Origin: Octopus vulgaris
Lineage: Eukaryota
Assembly: GCA_951406725.2 (NCBI GenBank)
Contig: OX597833.1
Location: forward strand, 29,636,001 to 29,700,000
Direction: 5' to 3'
Length of the DNA stretch: 64,000 nucleotides
A program made the translations under genes and the position numbers. The notes under the pieces were generated by a model that did no database searches, had not been told where the DNA came from, and saw only the letters and a program-made list of their open reading frames with translations. Of this stretch, positions 59,085-64,000 are shown piece after piece. Each line of letters begins with the position of its first letter. Positions within the stretch are counted from its first letter, which is position 1.

Positions 59085-59520
59085 GCCTGAAATTTTGGCA
59101 GGGAGGGAGCTAGTCTATAACATTGACCCCGATGCTTGAGTGGCACTTATTTTATCAACCCCAAAAGATGAAAGGCAAAGCTGACCTTGGGCAAATTTGA
59201 ACTCAGAATATAAAGCCAGAAGAAATGCTAAGCATTTTGTCCAGCATGTTAATGAGTCTACCAGCTTGCTGCTCATTGTTGATAATTAATTTTATATGCA
59301 TATTATTTATCTTCTACTTGTTTCAGTCATTTGACTGCAGCCATGCTGGGGTACCACCTTGAAGGGTTTTAGTCAAACAAATTAACCCCAGGACTTTTTT
59401 AAAGCCTACTACTTATTCTATCAGTCTCCTTCGCCAAACTGCTAAGTTACAGGGATATAAACACACCAACACCAGTTGTCAAGTGGTGGTGGCAGACAAA
59501 CACAGAAACACACACACACA
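59085..59520 (-). mobile_element. Adjacent SINEs: family B (59085-59275) and family A 3' part (59312-59520)
   Basis: Similarity to 2193-2418 and 1-200. Confidence 0.7.
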
Positions 59521-59785
59521 CACATATACATTAATATATTCTTTTATTCTTTTACGTGTTTTAGTCATCTGGCTGCAACCATGCTAGAGCATTGCCATCT
59601 TGGCAATACCTGGCTGCATATATTGTGACCTCTGTACCTTGAGATCATGCCCAGGCAATTTCCACCATTTATCTCTCTCTTCCTTACTCTATCATCCTAT
59701 CTATTCTGATCCTTGTTACTAGTGAGTATATCCTGACATTCCACCACCATCTCTCTCCTACTCCCTCTTGCACTTTTGCTGTTTC

Positions 59786-59828
<43 letters not shown>

Positions 59829-60339
59829 ATTGCTCTTCTCTCTGGCTGGGTAGCCATGTATCTCCTCTATAGCAGCACACCTGTTTCTGCCATCATTCTT
59901 GATCACTCTCTCTCTCTCCCCTTGCTTTTCCCTCTGGCCAGGTAACCAAGTATCTCCTTTACATCAGCTCAGCTGTTCTTGTCCTCTTACTTGTACCTCT
60001 CTCTTTTCCTCTCCTTCTCCTTCCTCTCCCTCTCCTTCTCTCTTCCTCTCCTTCTCTCTTCCTCCCCCTCTCTCTTTTCTCTTTCCCTCTCTCTCTGACT
60101 GGGTAACCATGTACCTCCTTTATAACAAACCATCTGTTCCTGCCTCTCTATTTCTCTGTCACATTCTAACCTTTCATCATCTGACACAAGATCGCCTCCT
60201 CCAATTCCCCCTCCTTTATAGAAAGATACCTGTTTCTGCCTCCTTGTCTCTCTGTCACACTCTAACCTTTGATCATCTGATACAAGATCCCCTCCTCCAG
60301 TGCCCCTGCTCCTCTCACAATACCTTATCTTGCAACTTA

Positions 60340-60650
60340 TTTGGTGACCCTACTGGTGCTGGCACCATGTAAAAAGCATCCAGTCCACACTGTAAAGTGG
60401 TTAGCAATTGGAAGGACATCCAGCAGTAAAAATCAGGCCAAAACTGACCTTGCTTGTGCTGGTGCCACATAAAAAGCACTCAGTTCACCCTGTGGAGTGG
60501 TTGATCTTTGGAAGGGCAGCCAGCTGTAAAAACCCTGCCAAAACAGACACAGTAGCCTGGGGTAGTCTTCTACCTGGCATGTTCCTGCCAACCATCCTAT
60601 CCATGCATACATAGTAGATGGACATTAAACAATGATAATGATGATAATGA

Positions 60651-60697
<47 letters not shown>

Positions 60698-60852
60698 GAT
60701 GGACTTCTTTCACTTCTATCTACCAAATCCACTCACAAGGCTTTGGTTGGCCCAAGGCTATAGTAGAAGACACTTGCCCAAGGTGCTATGCGGTGGGACC
60801 AAACTATGTAGCTGGGAAGCAAGCTTCTTACCACTCAGCCATCTCTGTGGCT
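60340..60852. mobile_element. Diverged RTE 3' tail (+, 60340-60655) and SINE family A head (-, 60700-60852)
   Basis: taaaaagcac...ggaagggcagccagctgtaaaaac...(gat)n; agaagacacttgcccaagg. Confidence 0.65.
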
Positions 60853-61039
60853 ATTTTTGATCAAATAAACAACTGGAAAACCTGTTTACCAGTTTAATGT
60901 TGTTCTTTCTATTTTATAACAGATTATTTCAATAGTATAAGAAGGAATTCTATTATGTTTTAAAAGAAGTAGAAAGTTTCACCTCAACTCTTAAACATAC
61001 ACTTTTGGCCATTTTTAGTGTTCTGAAGTCAAGGAGACA

Positions 61040-62387
61040 CCTGTCTCCTTTCTTGACATTTCAGTCAGCATTCATCACTCCACTCTCACCACTTCCATCC
61101 ACTACAAACACACAGACTCACACTCATACCTCAACTTCTCCTCCCACCCTAAACACACCAAGCTTTCCATCCCCTATTCCCAATTCCTCCATCTATGCAG
61201 TCTCTGTAGTGACGACCATGACTTTGAGACTCAATCTCAACTCATGACTTGCCACTTCATCCTATGTGGAAATCCCCTCACCACTATCCACACAACCCTT
61301 GCCAGAGCACATTCCATGGACCATGCATCTGCCCTCTCCTCCTGCACCTGCCCCACCATCTCCTGTCTCCCATTTCCTTTCACCTACCACCCCACCACCC
61401 TACTTCTACAACGCACTATTCTCTGAGCCTTCTGGTGACTCCAGTCTGAAACCTCCACTTCGCACATCTTCCCTAACCAACCCCTCCCCTCCTTCAAACG
61501 AGCCCACAACCTACGAGACCTCTTGGTCCACAGCATCTTCCCTAAACCAACCTCCCAACCCAGCTCATTCCCCTGCTCCCGCCCACGCTGCCACACTTGC
61601 CCTTACCTCTCCAATACCACCCTCCTCACTGGCACCCATCATCAACCCTATCATATTACTGACTCCTTTACCTGCACTTCATCAACCCAATGTCATCTAC
61701 TGCATCTCCTGCTCTCTCTACCCTTCTCTATACATAGGATAAATGTGATGCCACTTGGATGACCAGTTCACGGAACACCTCCGAGACATCCGACTCAGCA
61801 GTGAGGCCCCAGTCTCACGCCATTTCTACTCTACCGGTTACTCTTTACAACACCTGTCTGTGTTCAGATTGTCCTTGCACAGGGGCCATCTGGACTCCCA
61901 TTTGCCTACCCACATACCCCACCTCTACTCCCACTCTCAGCCTAACCCACACCCCACCCTTGCTTTCCCCACTCTGCCCCCCCCCCCGCATCCCAACACC
62001 ATCACATCACACCACACACCACTACACCATACACCTTAACATACACATACGCACACGTCAAGGTCACCAGCCCTCTTCCACACACACATACAAGCTCTCT
62101 TATACACATGCACGCGCAACTTCGTTTTGGGATCACCACTACTTTATTATCTCCCCTTCTTCCTAGCTCTCCTGTGTGACCTTTCTGTCTGGCATTCACC
62201 ATTATAGATCGCTAGCCACTACACATTCTTTATTTTCTCTCCTTGTTTCTTTCTGTGTTCCTTTCTGTGGAAGAGCGCAGACTCAAAATGTTAGACTTTT
62301 TCACTTCCCAAGCATTAAACTAATACATCTTTTGTTGTCTACACCTCCTGTCTCCGTCTTTTGTCTTTTTTTGTGAATTCTCCCTAT
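61040..62387 (+). mobile_element. Penelope-like element 3' part (linker, GIY-YIG, 3' UTR with degenerate HHR at ~62261-62300)
   Basis: FKRAHNLRDLLVHS, FPCSRPRCHTCPYL, DSFTC, NVIYCISCSLYPSLYIG, FTEHLRDIR...PVSRHF. Confidence 0.9.
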
Positions 62388-62449
62388 ATGTGTGTGTGTG
62401 TGCATGTGTGTGTGTGTGCGTGTGTGTGTGTGTGTGTGAGTGAGTGTGT

Positions 62450-62529
<80 letters not shown>

Positions 62530-62536
62530 ATGTATA

Positions 62537-63390
62537 TTACAACAAAAATTTTAATTTTGGACATAGAATTACCAAAGGGTTCATATCCACAAAGCCAAAG
62601 ACTTGTGGACAGTTTGTCAGACACTATATAAATACGTAACATGAGGAAACGCTCAGAAATTGAGATTTAAGTCTTAACATATAAAACCATTAATGAAGAC
62701 AGGTTGTCTCCCCTAAACTAGAAGATAAAACAACCCTTATAGACTTGAAAAAGCCTAACCAGCAAGCGGGGATATACAATTTCCCAGTAGGTAGCACTTG
62801 AAGTGGACAATTTTAGAAAAAAATTCTTTATGACTATCTAACATGCCAGGTTTAGTATAGTCCTTAAGAATTTTGGCTCTCTTGTGATGCAGATTTTGCA
62901 ACATTCACTCCCATTAATATATGAGCCTGATTGATCTATTATTTTCCACCTGATATCACATGGGGTTCCTTGATCTTCAAGGTGCCACACATGATGGGTG
63001 AGAATGTGACAAACCATCTTTCTGAGACTCTGAAGGATGGCTGGTGGTTGCAGAAGCAACATTTGAAACATGTATTGGCTGATCCAATATATTTACAAAC
63101 TTGGGATATGGCTATATTCGCACTCATGGTATATCTCTGATAGGCTCCAGGCTACCTACTGGAAAATTGGTCTATGACAGATGTTTTATCCTCTGGTTCA
63201 GGGGAGACAACCTGTCCTCATTTACGCTTTTATATGCTAAGTCTTAAATTTTGATTTCTGAGCATTTTCTCACATCCGTGACATAGAAAGTTTAGATTTT
63301 TTGTCTTTGTATAGATTCTGACAAACTGTCTACAAAGCTTTGGCTTGGTGGATACAAAACCTTTGGCCAAAATTTAAGCTTTTGTTGTAA
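62537..63390 (-). mobile_element. Penelope-like GIY-YIG fragment between ~200-bp diverged inverted pLTR arms
   Basis: KYIGSANTCFK...NHQPSF, HVWHLEDQGTPCDIRWKII...CKIC; 62537-62732 inverted at 63182-63390. Confidence 0.75.
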
Positions 63391-63454
63391 TAATTATTGC
63401 TCTATTCTTTTTGGAGTATACTTCTTTTCTGATATATGTTTTATTGACTATATA

Positions 63455-64000
63455 TTGGTATGGTCATGTGACGAGAATGGCTGAAGATAGTTGTGTGCAA
63501 AAGTGCCACACCCTGGTGGTTGAGGGAACCTGTGGAAGAGGTAGACCCAGGAAAACCTGGGACGAGGTGGGGAAGAACGACCTTCGAACTTTAGGTCTCA
63601 CCGAGGAAATGACTAGAGATCGAGACCTATGGAAGTATGCTGTGCGTGAGAAGACCCAGCAGGACTAGTGAGACCATAACCCATGGCCTCTACATGGCAT
63701 GTAGCCAGTTGACTTATGCATACCTTTCCTTCTTGGGACACAAAACTCCGCTTGTGAAGACCCGTTGAGGCAAGTGGAAATCAAATCAAAACAGATATCA
63801 GAAATCAGAGCCCCAATTGAAGTCGATCAACATCAATGGAAATTGCAGCTATGATACCAGTGCCAGTGACACGTAAGCGAACCATCCGACCATGGGGCCA
63901 TTGCCAGCGCCACCCCGACTGGCCTCCGTGCCGGTGGCACGTAAAAAGCACCATCCGATTGTGGCCATTGCCAGCCTTGTCTGGCCCCCGTGCCGGTGGC
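63455..64000 (+). mobile_element. RTE LINE 3' fragment running off the window edge
   Basis: WYGHVTRMAED...GRGRPRKTWDEV, then 3' UTR as at 17243 onward. Confidence 0.9.

Overview
Eukaryotic, AT-rich, almost wholly repeat-derived DNA (intergenic or intronic). I could not support any host protein-coding gene. The repeat complement (tRNA-head SINEs, RTE LINEs with (GAT)n tails, very long (TA)n tracts) suggests an Octopus/cephalopod genome; this is an inference from memory, not a database result. Contents: several Tc1/mariner copies; RTE, CR1-group, R4/Dong-type and Tx1 non-LTR retrotransposons; Penelope-like (PLE, GIY-YIG) fragments; many SINEs; and about 15 type I hammerhead ribozyme (HHR) motifs, found and folded by eye. 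Main find: a near-intact Tx1-clade LINE (about 20066-25393) sits inside a ~350-nt HHR-bearing PLE/retrozyme-like repeat, with a 22-bp target duplication at the 5' arm of the ribozyme. The resulting layout is inverted repeat - direct repeat - LINE - HHR/direct repeat. Other highlights: a 361-bp tandem HHR repeat with a U3-A8 compensated core, a second unrelated U3-A8 HHR, and fold-back elements whose inverted arms begin at the predicted ribozyme cleavage site. No alignments or folding programs were run, so boundaries of old repeats are approximate.
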